Sequence record: SRR33789315_30
Direction: 5' to 3' (one strand)
Length of the DNA: 61,763 nucleotides
The number at the start of each line of letters is the position of its first letter. The stretch's first letter is position 1. The notes beneath the pieces are model-generated. The model searched no databases and was not told where the DNA came from. It worked only from the letters and a program-made list of their open reading frames with translations. This document shows positions 47,275 to 58,637 of this stretch, piece after piece. The translations under genes and the position numbers were made by a program.

Positions 47275-47795
47275 TGGAAGAAACTATTTTTGATATCTTA
47301 AAAAGTGTTGGACCTGCTATTGTTGTAGGGGTAATTGCTTATTATTTCTTTGATCGATTTATAGACAATGAAGATAAGCGCAGAAAATTTTTATTGGTTA
47401 AAGATGTAAAGAAAAGTACCATTCCCATTACATTACAAGCCTATGAGCGCTTGGCCTTATTTTTAGAGCGAATTAGCCCTGCCCAACTGCTGGTGCGCGT
47501 AAAACCTACTAGTCAAGACAAACAAGTTTATTCTCGTCTCTTAAATCAACAAATCGAACAAGAATTTGAGCACAATTTGTCGCAACAAATCTACATTACC
47601 CAAGAGTGCTGGAATGTGATTAAATCTTCAAAAAATGCGATGGTTAAACTCATACGAACAGCAGGTGAGAATGAAAATATTAAATCGGCAGACCAACTGC
47701 GTGAGTTTATTTTACAGCAAACCGTAGAAAAGCCTGCTCCAAGTAGTGTCGCTTTAGAATACCTTAAAAATGAGGTTAAAATGGTTTTAGGATAA
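47274..47795 (+). CDS. Conserved hypothetical membrane-anchored protein
   Basis: N-terminal TM; LQAYERLALFLERI.P and EFEHNLSQQIY; 1-bp TAATG overlap with the upstream gene. Confidence 0.75.
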   Translation: MEETIFDILKSVGPAIVVGVIAYYFFDRFIDNEDKRRKFLLVKDVKKSTIPITLQAYERLALFLERISPAQLLVRVKPTSQDKQVYSRLLNQQIEQEFEHNLSQQIYITQECWNVIKSSKNAMVKLIRTAGENENIKSADQLREFILQQTVEKPAPSSVALEYLKNEVKMVLG

Positions 47796-47805
47796 GTTTA
47801 AATCT

Positions 47806-48714
47806 CTATACTTTTACTTTATTTTCTACAGCTAACTTATCCTTTTCTTGAGCGTAGTCCCAACCTTGCTGCCACCAGGATTTCATCAATTCTCCATCAA
47901 AAATCAAACTGTTTTCGGTAAGCATAGATGGTGTATAATACAGGTTTAGAGACACTTCTTTATTGATAGCTGCCAGTTTGCCCACTAGCACATCATGATA
48001 TTCTACCTGATCCATTAAGAATCCAAACAGATTTACCATCATACTAAAAGGATTCTTGCCGGGCGTGTTTCCACGTTCCATATTTTCAGAATCCAGAATA
48101 ATCGCATCTACTTCTGTAGCACCACGCCTAATCGCTTCTCTAATGGGTACGGCAGATCCAAAACCTCCATCTGCATATTCACTACCATTTTTAGTAACTA
48201 AACTCATAAACGGAATGAAATTACACGAAATCCAGATCCAATCACAAAAATCAGCATACTCACAATCCTTAATGCTTTTATATTCTACCCGATTTTCAGA
48301 AAGATTAGTCACCGTAACCACGATGTCTTTCTCTAAAGATTTAAGGCTTTCAAAATAGGCCGGTGAAAGATTCTTTTTGATGTTTTTTAGTAGGTTTTTG
48401 CTTTCGCCAAACGTCTTTTTCTTTTTCATGAATTGCCGCATACTATTCAGGTAATTAATAGAAACAAACTCCTTACCGCCTTTCTTTTTAATCGTAAACG
48501 GACTCACATTAAAAATGGTTCGCTGGGTTACATTGGTATAAATTTCATAGGCTTGTTGAATATTGCCTCCAGCCAGTTGAGAAATGAGTAAACTCCCCGT
48601 AGAAGTACCTATAAAAAGATCATATTCTTTTCCTTTTTCTTCTAAAAGATATTGCGCCACACCACCGGCATAAGCGCCTTTACTACCACCTCCAGAAATC
48701 ACCAATGCTCGCAT
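47806..48714 (-). CDS. Patatin-like phospholipase
   Basis: GGGSKG, GTSTG (GxSxG), DGG. Confidence 0.92.
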   Translation of the reverse strand: MRALVISGGGSKGAYAGGVAQYLLEEKGKEYDLFIGTSTGSLLISQLAGGNIQQAYEIYTNVTQRTIFNVSPFTIKKKGGKEFVSINYLNSMRQFMKKKKTFGESKNLLKNIKKNLSPAYFESLKSLEKDIVVTVTNLSENRVEYKSIKDCEYADFCDWIWISCNFIPFMSLVTKNGSEYADGGFGSAVPIREAIRRGATEVDAIILDSENMERGNTPGKNPFSMMVNLFGFLMDQVEYHDVLVGKLAAINKEVSLNLYYTPSMLTENSLIFDGELMKSWWQQGWDYAQEKDKLAVENKVKV

Positions 48715-50784
48715 CTACTCTATTTTTGTTTTAAGAAATTCTTGTTCTTTTTGATCTAAATCTGTCAATTCCTGAAGCCTATTCTTCCATTTTTCATCTG
48801 CTAATAAAGCATCTAAAATACTCCGACAACTTTGGGTAAACCGCCAGTTAGCGTGTAAACATCCCGCTACCAGATTGGTTAAGGATTGTGGTTCATACAA
48901 CTGCAATTGATACAAATACCGAAATGCATTTTCGCGAATGCTAAAAGCATATTCTGGATTTGTATAGTCTATTAAGGTTTCATATCTCGCCTCCCAAGAA
49001 TCAGGATCATACGTGGAAGTTGCTAGCGAAAGTGCAAGCCATAAAGTCTCTACATTTTTATCGCTAAAACCGGCAATACCTTTTAATTTTTCTAAGTAAA
49101 CTATTCTTTTCTGCGGAATTTCACTCCACAAGTTTAGCAGTGCCATTTCTTGCGTAACATAGGACTGATCTTCAAGCAACGATTCATAAGCAGGCTGCAG
49201 CGTTGTTGGAATTTGCTGTAACGACACCGCAATTGCCTGCCGTACAAAATGATTATTTGAGACGAAAGCTTTTTCGTATACGGGTAAAGCCAAATCCATC
49301 GATTCACCAGCAAGTTGATACACCACTTCTTGCCCTATATAATTGTTGGGTAACTTGAGTGCTTCCAGCAAAGCATCTTGCTTTTGCGCTAACGGAAGCT
49401 TCCGAAGGGCAGAAATTGCCAGATACCGTTCAATAAAAGATGATTTTTGAAGGGATTGCAAGGCTTCCTTAGCTATAAATGCAGATTGCTTGATCCAGTT
49501 ATCTTCAAAATCGACCAAATCTTTGCCGGAGGCTTCTTTCGCTTTAGCTAAAAAATCCTGCGTGGAAACATTTTTAAATTGATACGCGTTGAGGTAGTTT
49601 TTTACTGCTTCCTTAAAAGCCTGCTCTCCTATTTCTTCCCGTAAAATATGCAATGCCCAAGCTCCTTTCTGGTAAAAAGTTAAAGAGGAGGCTTTGTCAT
49701 TGATCAATTTCTCGCCTTTTCCCTCATCACTCAATGCTTTAAGTTGCTCGGCACTTTGGTACAATTGCCAGTAGTAATAATCGTCACCAAAAATTTCTTT
49801 TTCGGCCAGTAATGCATAAAAAGTAGCAAATCCTTCCTGCAGCCAGTGATGCGTTCCCGAGGTTTCTGTCACTAAATCGCCAAACCATTGATGAGCGAGT
49901 TCGTGTGCATTTACATTTACATAATTCTGATCGACAAACCCAATATCATCTACCATAAAATGATCACTAAAAAGGGTTGTGGTTGTGTTTTCCATCCCGG
50001 CATAGAGAAAATCTTTTACAGGAACTTGCTTGTAATCTTGCCAGGGATAGGCGACTCCTATTTCGGTTTCTAAAAAATCAAAAATCTGTTGCGAATAGCG
50101 ATAAGTAGGCTCCACCTGCAGCGAATCTTCAGGATAATAATACAAATCGATAGGAATACCACTTGCCGCAGTAAGCTCTTTTTTATCATAATCTCCTATC
50201 GCCAACGCCACAAGGTAACTCGCCATAGGATGCTGCATATCAAATTTCCAAAGTGTAGTGGTATCTGAAACTACCTTGTCTATTAATTTTCCGTTTGCGA
50301 TGACTTGCTTGTTATTGGGAGCTACAATACTGAGGTCAAACTCAATTTTGTCATTCATATCGTCTATGCTGGGCAACCAATTTGAGGTGTATTTTCCTTG
50401 CCCTTGTGTCCAGATTTGGGTTTTTCCGAGGTTATTAACAAAGTAAAGTGCTTTTGTAGGCTGCGCGGTATAGTGCAATTTTACGGTATAGCTTCGGTTA
50501 GGTTTGAATTTTGAATATAAGCTCCAGTGCTTTCCATCAAAGGTGCTTTTAAGCGTATCCTTACCCAAAAACGCGGTGTATTGGGTCATATTTTTGGCAT
50601 CTAAAAAAACAGAATCAACAGGGCTTAATACCTGAAAATCAACTATTAAGTTTCCACTAACTTGTTTAGCAACCGTGTCAAATTGAAGCTGTGCCTGAAT
50701 ATGTTTAAAATCTATATATTCTACTTGCTGCGCACGGGCGAAAGCCGAAAATAGCACTACCCAAATCAAAAAACGATACTTCAT
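48715..50784 (-). CDS. M1 family zinc aminopeptidase, secreted
   Basis: AGMEN, HELAHQWFG, WLQEGFA, YQKGA; signal peptide; abuts the patatin start (TAGATG). Confidence 0.92.
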   Translation of the reverse strand: MKYRFLIWVVLFSAFARAQQVEYIDFKHIQAQLQFDTVAKQVSGNLIVDFQVLSPVDSVFLDAKNMTQYTAFLGKDTLKSTFDGKHWSLYSKFKPNRSYTVKLHYTAQPTKALYFVNNLGKTQIWTQGQGKYTSNWLPSIDDMNDKIEFDLSIVAPNNKQVIANGKLIDKVVSDTTTLWKFDMQHPMASYLVALAIGDYDKKELTAASGIPIDLYYYPEDSLQVEPTYRYSQQIFDFLETEIGVAYPWQDYKQVPVKDFLYAGMENTTTTLFSDHFMVDDIGFVDQNYVNVNAHELAHQWFGDLVTETSGTHHWLQEGFATFYALLAEKEIFGDDYYYWQLYQSAEQLKALSDEGKGEKLINDKASSLTFYQKGAWALHILREEIGEQAFKEAVKNYLNAYQFKNVSTQDFLAKAKEASGKDLVDFEDNWIKQSAFIAKEALQSLQKSSFIERYLAISALRKLPLAQKQDALLEALKLPNNYIGQEVVYQLAGESMDLALPVYEKAFVSNNHFVRQAIAVSLQQIPTTLQPAYESLLEDQSYVTQEMALLNLWSEIPQKRIVYLEKLKGIAGFSDKNVETLWLALSLATSTYDPDSWEARYETLIDYTNPEYAFSIRENAFRYLYQLQLYEPQSLTNLVAGCLHANWRFTQSCRSILDALLADEKWKNRLQELTDLDQKEQEFLKTKIE

Positions 50785-50874
50785 TATAATGTGCTTATCA
50801 AAACCTTAAAAATACGTAATTGACAATAGATTTACTTCTTTAGAAAGATGAACTCATTTTTTTATCTTCGTCCT

Positions 50875-52980
50875 ATGAAGTCCGGTAAATTACAAACGCC
50901 CATAGATTACCTTAAAGGTGTAGGCCCCAGTCGTGCCGAACTGTTGCGATCTGAGCTGGGCATACACACCTATCAGGACTTACTCAATCTGTTTCCTAAC
51001 CGCTATATCGATAAAACCACCTATTACAAAATTAAACAGCTACAGCCCACACACGCTGATGTACAACTTATTGGACAGGTGACTCAACTTAAAGTAATTG
51101 GCGAAGGTCGTGCCAAAAGACTGGTAGGCACTTTTAAGGATGAAACTGGAACGATGGAGTTGGTTTGGTTTAGAGGGCATAAATGGATTGTGCAACATAC
51201 TAAACTCCATACGCCTTATGTGATTTTTGGGAAAGTACAGCGTTTTGGATATATCTATTCTATACCACATCCTGAGATGGAACTGCTTGCTGATCACGAA
51301 ACAAGCTTACGTAGTGCCATGCAACCCGTTTATTCTTCAACCGAAAAACTGAGCAATAAAGGAATTACAAATCGGGTACTTAATAAATTGATGCAGGATT
51401 TGTTTTTAGAAACCAAAGGCCATTTAGGCGAAACCCTTTCAGATCCTTTGCTCAACGGGCTAAAGCTTATGCCGCGTGACCACGCCTTTTTTAATATTCA
51501 TTTTCCGAAAACACAGGACGATTTAGCAAAAGCGCAATACCGCCTCAAGTTTGAAGAATTGTTCTATATGCAGTTGCAACTGTTGATCAAAAACCTGCAA
51601 CACAAGCAAAAAATAAAAGGCTATCCGTTTACGCAAATCGGGAGTTATTTTAACACCTTTTATACCGAAAAGCTTCCGTTTGAATTGACCAACGCACAAA
51701 AACGGGTGCTCAAAGAAATAAGAAACGATTTAGGCAGTAGTGCGCAAATGAATCGCCTGTTGCAAGGTGATGTAGGCAGTGGTAAAACCATTGTGGCGTT
51801 AATGACGATGCTTATTGCGCTGGATAATGGTTTTCAAGCCTGTTTAATGGCACCTACAGAAATCTTAAGCATTCAGCATTATCAATCTATCCAAGAAATG
51901 CTGGAAGGAATGGATGTTTCTGTAGAATTGCTTACCGGATCTACAAAAACCGCAAAACGCCGAGACCTGCATCAACGTTTAGAAGAAGGATCGCTTCAAA
52001 TTTTAATTGGCACACACGCCCTTCTGGAAGATAAGGTTCAGTTTAATAATCTGGGGCTTGCCGTTATTGACGAGCAACACCGTTTTGGCGTGGCGCAACG
52101 CAGTAAGCTCTGGCATAAAAATGAATATCCGCCACACGTTCTAGTGATGAGCGCTACTCCTATACCACGCACGTTAGCAATGAGCGTACTGGGCAATCTG
52201 GATCAATCTACAATTGACGAGTTACCACCCGGAAGAAAAGCCATCAAAACTGTGCACCGCTTTGACTCTAATCGCTTAAAGGTTTTTCGGTTTTTAAAAG
52301 ACGAAATCAAAAAAGGGCGACAAGCTTATATTGTTTATCCGTTGATCCAGGAAAGTGAAGCGTTAGATTATAAAGATCTTATGGATGGCTACGAAAGCAT
52401 TAGCAGGGAGTTTCCTAAACCCGAATACCAGATATCTATCGTACATGGCCAGATGAAACCTGCTGATAAAGACTATGAAATGCAACGCTTTGTCAAAGGG
52501 GAAACCCAAATTATGGTTGCCACTACGGTTATAGAAGTGGGCGTTAATGTGCCCAATGCATCTGTAATGGTGATTGAAAGCGCAGAGCGTTTTGGGCTGA
52601 GTCAATTACACCAGTTGCGCGGTCGTGTAGGTCGTGGTGCCGAACAAAGTTATTGTATCCTGATGACGGGTCATAAACTCACAGACGATAGTAAAAAACG
52701 CCTAAAAACGATGACCATGACGAATGATGGGTTTAAAATCGCTGAAGTAGATCTAGAACTACGAGGTCCGGGAGATGTGATGGGAACCCAACAAAGTGGC
52801 GTACTCAATCTTAAAATTGCAGATATAGTACGTGATGGTCAGATTTTACAGCTATCCAGAGGCTATGCAGCTGCTATTCTTCGGGAAGATCCGGGACTTT
52901 CAAAACCCGAAAATCAAGTTATTAAGCAGACCTATTTGCAACTGATGAAGTTTAAAAATATCTGGAATTATATTTCGTAG
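50875..52980 (+). CDS. recG: ATP-dependent DNA helicase RecG
   Basis: QGDVGSGKT, DEQHRFG, SATPIPR, QLHQLRGRVGRG, DLELRGPG; ATG 50875 preferred to 50848. Confidence 0.96.
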   Translation: MKSGKLQTPIDYLKGVGPSRAELLRSELGIHTYQDLLNLFPNRYIDKTTYYKIKQLQPTHADVQLIGQVTQLKVIGEGRAKRLVGTFKDETGTMELVWFRGHKWIVQHTKLHTPYVIFGKVQRFGYIYSIPHPEMELLADHETSLRSAMQPVYSSTEKLSNKGITNRVLNKLMQDLFLETKGHLGETLSDPLLNGLKLMPRDHAFFNIHFPKTQDDLAKAQYRLKFEELFYMQLQLLIKNLQHKQKIKGYPFTQIGSYFNTFYTEKLPFELTNAQKRVLKEIRNDLGSSAQMNRLLQGDVGSGKTIVALMTMLIALDNGFQACLMAPTEILSIQHYQSIQEMLEGMDVSVELLTGSTKTAKRRDLHQRLEEGSLQILIGTHALLEDKVQFNNLGLAVIDEQHRFGVAQRSKLWHKNEYPPHVLVMSATPIPRTLAMSVLGNLDQSTIDELPPGRKAIKTVHRFDSNRLKVFRFLKDEIKKGRQAYIVYPLIQESEALDYKDLMDGYESISREFPKPEYQISIVHGQMKPADKDYEMQRFVKGETQIMVATTVIEVGVNVPNASVMVIESAERFGLSQLHQLRGRVGRGAEQSYCILMTGHKLTDDSKKRLKTMTMTNDGFKIAEVDLELRGPGDVMGTQQSGVLNLKIADIVRDGQILQLSRGYAAAILREDPGLSKPENQVIKQTYLQLMKFKNIWNYIS

Positions 52981-53043
52981 GAAGAAGATTGCTTAGAAAC
53001 GCTTTCGGAAATATCTACTTTACAGGTGAAGTATACATCCGAT

Positions 53044-53078
53044 TTTGGTTTAAAAAAGCTGTGTAAATAGTATATTTG
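53044..53078 (+). promoter_or_regulatory. pheT promoter (-33 TTTG / -7 TATATTTG)
   Basis: TTTG at 53044-53047 and TATATTTG at 53071-53078, upstream of the pheT start. Confidence 0.6.
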
Positions 53079-53097
53079 CCCGTCCAAAAATTTATTG

Positions 53098-55524
53098 ATG
53101 AAGATTTCATACAACTGGTTAAAACAGTTTATCAACCTAGATTGGGAAGCAGAAAAAACAGGAAACCTTTTAACCGATTTAGGCCTTGAAGTAGAAGGCA
53201 TAGAATCTTTTGAAAGCGTAAAAGGCAGTTTAAAAGGTATTGTAGTAGGAGAAGTCCTCACGTGCATAAAACACCCTGATGCTGATAGACTTAAACTCAC
53301 CACAGTAAATCTGGGAAGTGGCGAGCCTGTACAAATTGTATGTGGAGCACCTAATGTAGCAGCCGGACAAAAAGTACCTGTAGCCACCATTGGAACCACC
53401 TTATATGATACAAAAGGAGAAGCCTGGACCATCAAAAAAGGAAAAATAAGAGGACAAGAAAGTCACGGTATGATCTGCGCAGAAGATGAATTGGGACTGG
53501 GAGAAAGTCACGATGGTATTCTTGTTTTAGCAGAAGACCTAGAGGCTGGAACGCTACTAGCAGATATTTTGTCCATAGAAAGTGATCAAGTATTTGAAAT
53601 TGGTCTTACACCTAATCGCGCAGATGCGATGAGCCATATGGGTGTGGCACGAGACTTAAAAGCAGGTCTGTTGCATCAAAAAATAAACCCAGGTTTTATT
53701 ACGCCATCAACTACCGCTTTTCATATTGAAAACCGTACCAATAAAATCAACGTTGAGGTTCACAATAACGAATTAGCACCGCGCTATTGTGGTGTTACTA
53801 TTTCTGGCATTACCGTAAAAGAATCTCCTTCTTGGATACAAAATAGATTAAAAGCCATAGGGCTTACCCCTATAAACAACATAGTAGATGTCACAAATTA
53901 TGTATTACATGAACTAGGACAACCGTTGCACGCTTTTGATTTTGCAAAAATAAGTGGTGGTGAGATTAATGTAAAATGTGTTAAAAAAGGAACCAAGTTT
54001 ACTACACTAGATGAAGTAGAACGAGAACTACACGAAGAAGATCTTATGATTTGTGATGCTGAAAAACCCTTGTGTATTGCAGGTGTTTTTGGCGGAATAA
54101 ACAGTGGTGTATCCCAAACGACCCATGCAATCTTTCTAGAAAGTGCCTATTTTAACCCAATAAGCATACGCAAAACCGCAAAACGTCATGCCTTAAACAC
54201 AGATGCCTCATTTAGATTTGAGCGTGGTATAGATCCTAATATTACAGAATATGCGCTTAAACGTGCCGCTATTCTAATTGTTGAAACTGCGGGAGGCCAT
54301 ATAAGCAGTGAGATCACAGACATTTACCCTAAAAAAGTTACAGATCATCAAGTTTTCTTGCAATTTGATCACGCAGATGCATTAATCGGCGAAAAAATTG
54401 AACCAGAAACCATAAAAGGAATTCTGTCTTCTCTAGATATAAAAATAAATAACGTCACAGAATCTGGTATAGGAATGACTATACCAGCATATCGCAATGA
54501 TGTTAACCGAGAGGTAGATGTCATCGAAGAAATACTTCGTGTTTATGGGTATAATAACGTAGCTTTTAGCGGTAAGTTAAATGCCTCTATAGCTACAACA
54601 AACCGTTTTGAAGACCATAAAATTCAGCGAATAATAGGGGATCAATTAGCCAGTTTAGGTTTTAATGAGATAATGACCAACTCCTTAACTACACCTAACT
54701 ATGCTGCGCAGATTGCATCTTTAAAGGAAGATTATAATGTAGAAATGCTCAATCCGTTGAGTAATGATCTTTCTGTAATGCGCCAAACGCTTTTATTCTC
54801 TGGACTGGAAGCTATCTCGCATAACATAAACCGCAAACGCGAAAATTTAAGCTTATTTGAATTTGGCAAAACCTATCATAATTTTCCTGGCGGAAGCGAA
54901 GAACAAAAATGCCTAACGCTATATCTTACAGGCAGCCGAAACAGCGAAAGCTGGTTACATACCAGTGCTCCATCTAGTTTCTTTCAATTAAAAGGAATTG
55001 TTTATTCCATTCTTGAACGACTAGGGATAGCTAATTTGACTGAAAAACCTACCAAAAATTTAATTTTCTCTGAAGGTCTTCAGCTTGTTTCCCAAAAGAA
55101 AACCTTAATAGAATTTGGAGTTGTTAAAAAACAACTTAACAAAGTTTTACAAATAAACCAGGAAGTTTTATATGCTGAATTCAATTGGGATTTGATTCTT
55201 AATGTCATTAAAAACCAAAAGATTTTATTTAAAGCCATTCCTAAATATCCAGCGGTAAGACGAGATCTTGCGCTCTTACTAGATCAAGAAATCACCTTTA
55301 GTCAATTGTATGATATGGCTTTTCAGGCTGAAAAAAAACTTCTAAAAGAGGTTAGTTTATTTGATGTATATCTGGGTAAAAACATCCCAGAAGGCAAGAA
55401 AAGCTACGCACTAAGCTTTACCCTTCTAGATGAAAACAATACCTTAACAGATAAGCAAATAGATAAAGTTATGGATAAAATACAGTCTAGTTTTAAAAAT
55501 CAGTTAAAGGCCGAATTAAGATAA
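53098..55524 (+). CDS. pheT: Phenylalanine--tRNA ligase beta subunit
   Basis: MKISYNWL, HPDADRL, CGAPNV, TPNRAD, DASFRFERG, RRDLA and GKKSYA anticodon-binding domain. Confidence 0.97.
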   Translation: MKISYNWLKQFINLDWEAEKTGNLLTDLGLEVEGIESFESVKGSLKGIVVGEVLTCIKHPDADRLKLTTVNLGSGEPVQIVCGAPNVAAGQKVPVATIGTTLYDTKGEAWTIKKGKIRGQESHGMICAEDELGLGESHDGILVLAEDLEAGTLLADILSIESDQVFEIGLTPNRADAMSHMGVARDLKAGLLHQKINPGFITPSTTAFHIENRTNKINVEVHNNELAPRYCGVTISGITVKESPSWIQNRLKAIGLTPINNIVDVTNYVLHELGQPLHAFDFAKISGGEINVKCVKKGTKFTTLDEVERELHEEDLMICDAEKPLCIAGVFGGINSGVSQTTHAIFLESAYFNPISIRKTAKRHALNTDASFRFERGIDPNITEYALKRAAILIVETAGGHISSEITDIYPKKVTDHQVFLQFDHADALIGEKIEPETIKGILSSLDIKINNVTESGIGMTIPAYRNDVNREVDVIEEILRVYGYNNVAFSGKLNASIATTNRFEDHKIQRIIGDQLASLGFNEIMTNSLTTPNYAAQIASLKEDYNVEMLNPLSNDLSVMRQTLLFSGLEAISHNINRKRENLSLFEFGKTYHNFPGGSEEQKCLTLYLTGSRNSESWLHTSAPSSFFQLKGIVYSILERLGIANLTEKPTKNLIFSEGLQLVSQKKTLIEFGVVKKQLNKVLQINQEVLYAEFNWDLILNVIKNQKILFKAIPKYPAVRRDLALLLDQEITFSQLYDMAFQAEKKLLKEVSLFDVYLGKNIPEGKKSYALSFTLLDENNTLTDKQIDKVMDKIQSSFKNQLKAELR

Positions 55525-55592
55525 AAATCCCGTAATAGACGTATTGTTTCTTTGCTTTCAAATAGTTATGTTTACTAGAAAAACTTGTAAGT

Positions 55593-56309
55593 ATGCTATT
55601 GAAAAAGACAAACATTCAGGAACGGCTACTTAGCCACCGGAATAAAACACGTAACGGAGAAGCTATCTTGGCACAAGTAAAAGCCTTTCTAGAAGTAGAT
55701 GAAGAAGACAAAATTCTAAAATCACTCCATAAATTAACTCCAAGTGCTGAAAACAAATTTGACTTTGATTTATTAGAAACCGATAGAATTTTTCACCTTA
55801 ATGATATTGAAAAAATCTGCGTAAACTACCGCTTACGTTTTCTGGATTCTAAATACTTTAAGGGTAAAATACCCGAAAAAGCTATTGCTACAATTAAAAA
55901 TCTTGAATTTCAACATGATATTGATCTACAAGGATTTAAAGTTATGGCTCCTTCAAAACTTTTTGTGCTTAAAAAAGTAGATGATCCATTACTATTTGCA
56001 CCTATGGGCAATGATTACTTCTATCTTATTCACAAATGGGGTAATGATTTGCACCCATTACGCAAATGGATGATGTGGCCCTTTAAGTCTTTTGAAAATT
56101 TAATTTTTGCTATCTTAGTTTCTAGCATTTTGGCCACGTGGCTAGTACCTAATGGTCTTTTTTCTAAAAAACAGACCTTAAGTCAAGACCTTATGGTATT
56201 TTTATTTATGTTTAAATCTATAGCTGCAATTGTTCTTTTTTATGCTTTTGCGCTCGGTAAAAATTTTAATACTGCAATCTGGCAAAGCCAGTATGACAAG
56301 ACTCAATGA
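55593..56309 (+). CDS. Conserved hypothetical membrane protein
   Basis: YRLRFLDS, DDPLLFAP.GN.Y.YLIHKWG.D; two C-terminal TM segments. Confidence 0.75.
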   Translation: MLLKKTNIQERLLSHRNKTRNGEAILAQVKAFLEVDEEDKILKSLHKLTPSAENKFDFDLLETDRIFHLNDIEKICVNYRLRFLDSKYFKGKIPEKAIATIKNLEFQHDIDLQGFKVMAPSKLFVLKKVDDPLLFAPMGNDYFYLIHKWGNDLHPLRKWMMWPFKSFENLIFAILVSSILATWLVPNGLFSKKQTLSQDLMVFLFMFKSIAAIVLFYAFALGKNFNTAIWQSQYDKTQ

Positions 56310-56800
56310 TAAATACAGACTCTAGTTATGAGCGCATCTACACGGGCTCTCAGATTAATGCTAATTATATAAAAACTGTACTTGAGGAAGAAGAGATCAG
56401 AGCAGTTATTCGAAATATTTTTGAAAGTGCCTTACTCGGCGGATATGGCAGCACACCAAATCAAGTCCAGTTGTATGTGCGGAAAGAAGATATTGTTCTA
56501 GCAAAACGCATTGTAGAACGTTATCAAACTGAAGATGAAAAGGAAGAACCCTATTCTTCCAAAAATCACAATCATCTCCGCGTAGAAAATGAGCTGGCTA
56601 AGAAACCATCAAGCAAAAAAGGAATAATTTTTCCGTTAATATTAAACACCTTCTTTATAGGGTATTGCTTGTACAAATTATGGCCTTTAACAAAAGGTGA
56701 GGACGTTTCGTTATGGCGTATAATTTTTAGTGTTCTTTATATAATTCTTGGTATAGGCGCAATTTTCGTTTGGGTTAAAGAACAAAAAAATCCCACTTAA
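56306..56800 (+). CDS. DUF2007-like (putative signal-transducing) domain with two C-terminal TM helices
   Basis: IYTGS.INA..IK..LEEE.I...RN..ES..LGGYG...VQLYV...D...AK.I; ATGA overlap with the upstream gene. Confidence 0.65.
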   Translation: MINTDSSYERIYTGSQINANYIKTVLEEEEIRAVIRNIFESALLGGYGSTPNQVQLYVRKEDIVLAKRIVERYQTEDEKEEPYSSKNHNHLRVENELAKKPSSKKGIIFPLILNTFFIGYCLYKLWPLTKGEDVSLWRIIFSVLYIILGIGAIFVWVKEQKNPT

Positions 56801-56814
56801 AAAGCGGGATTTTA
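56787..56814. terminator. Bidirectional intrinsic terminator
   Basis: AAAATCCCAC-TTAAAAA-GCGGGATTTT between convergent genes, overlapping the upstream stop. Confidence 0.7.
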
Positions 56815-56840
56815 TTTTATAATTAATTCGATATAAACAA

Positions 56841-58469
<1,629 letters not shown>

Positions 58470-58490
58470 CTAAGCCTTTTTTAACGAGCG

Positions 58491-58498
58491 CAAAATTA
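58491..58498 (-). promoter_or_regulatory. -7 promoter element for the ABC-F gene
   Basis: TAATTTTG on - strand about 24 nt upstream of the ATG. Confidence 0.55.
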
Positions 58499-58637
58499 AG
58501 ATTTAGCAAGCAAACGACATAAGATTAACTTTTTAATTATGTGTTTTAACTACTACTTAACATCATAACTTGTTTTAGCCCTTTATTTTTGCTGGGCTAT
58601 AACAAATTGTACTATTTACTATTTGTTTGTATCTCTT

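Noticed and set aside
47806-48714. Patatin as a CBASS (CapV-like) defence effector
   Set aside because: No CD-NTase or other defence gene is adjacent; it is coupled to an M1 aminopeptidase in housekeeping context.
53004-53043. Imperfect hairpin upstream of pheT as a T-box or attenuator
   Set aside because: No T-box consensus or leader peptide; it lies upstream of the predicted -7 element, so it would not be in the pheT leader.
52968-53435. 155-aa - strand ORF over the pheT start
   Set aside because: Mirror frame of pheT plus intergenic DNA; no independent support.
53098-55524. pheT without adjacent pheS as an anomaly
   Set aside because: Separation of pheS and pheT is usual in Bacteroidota.
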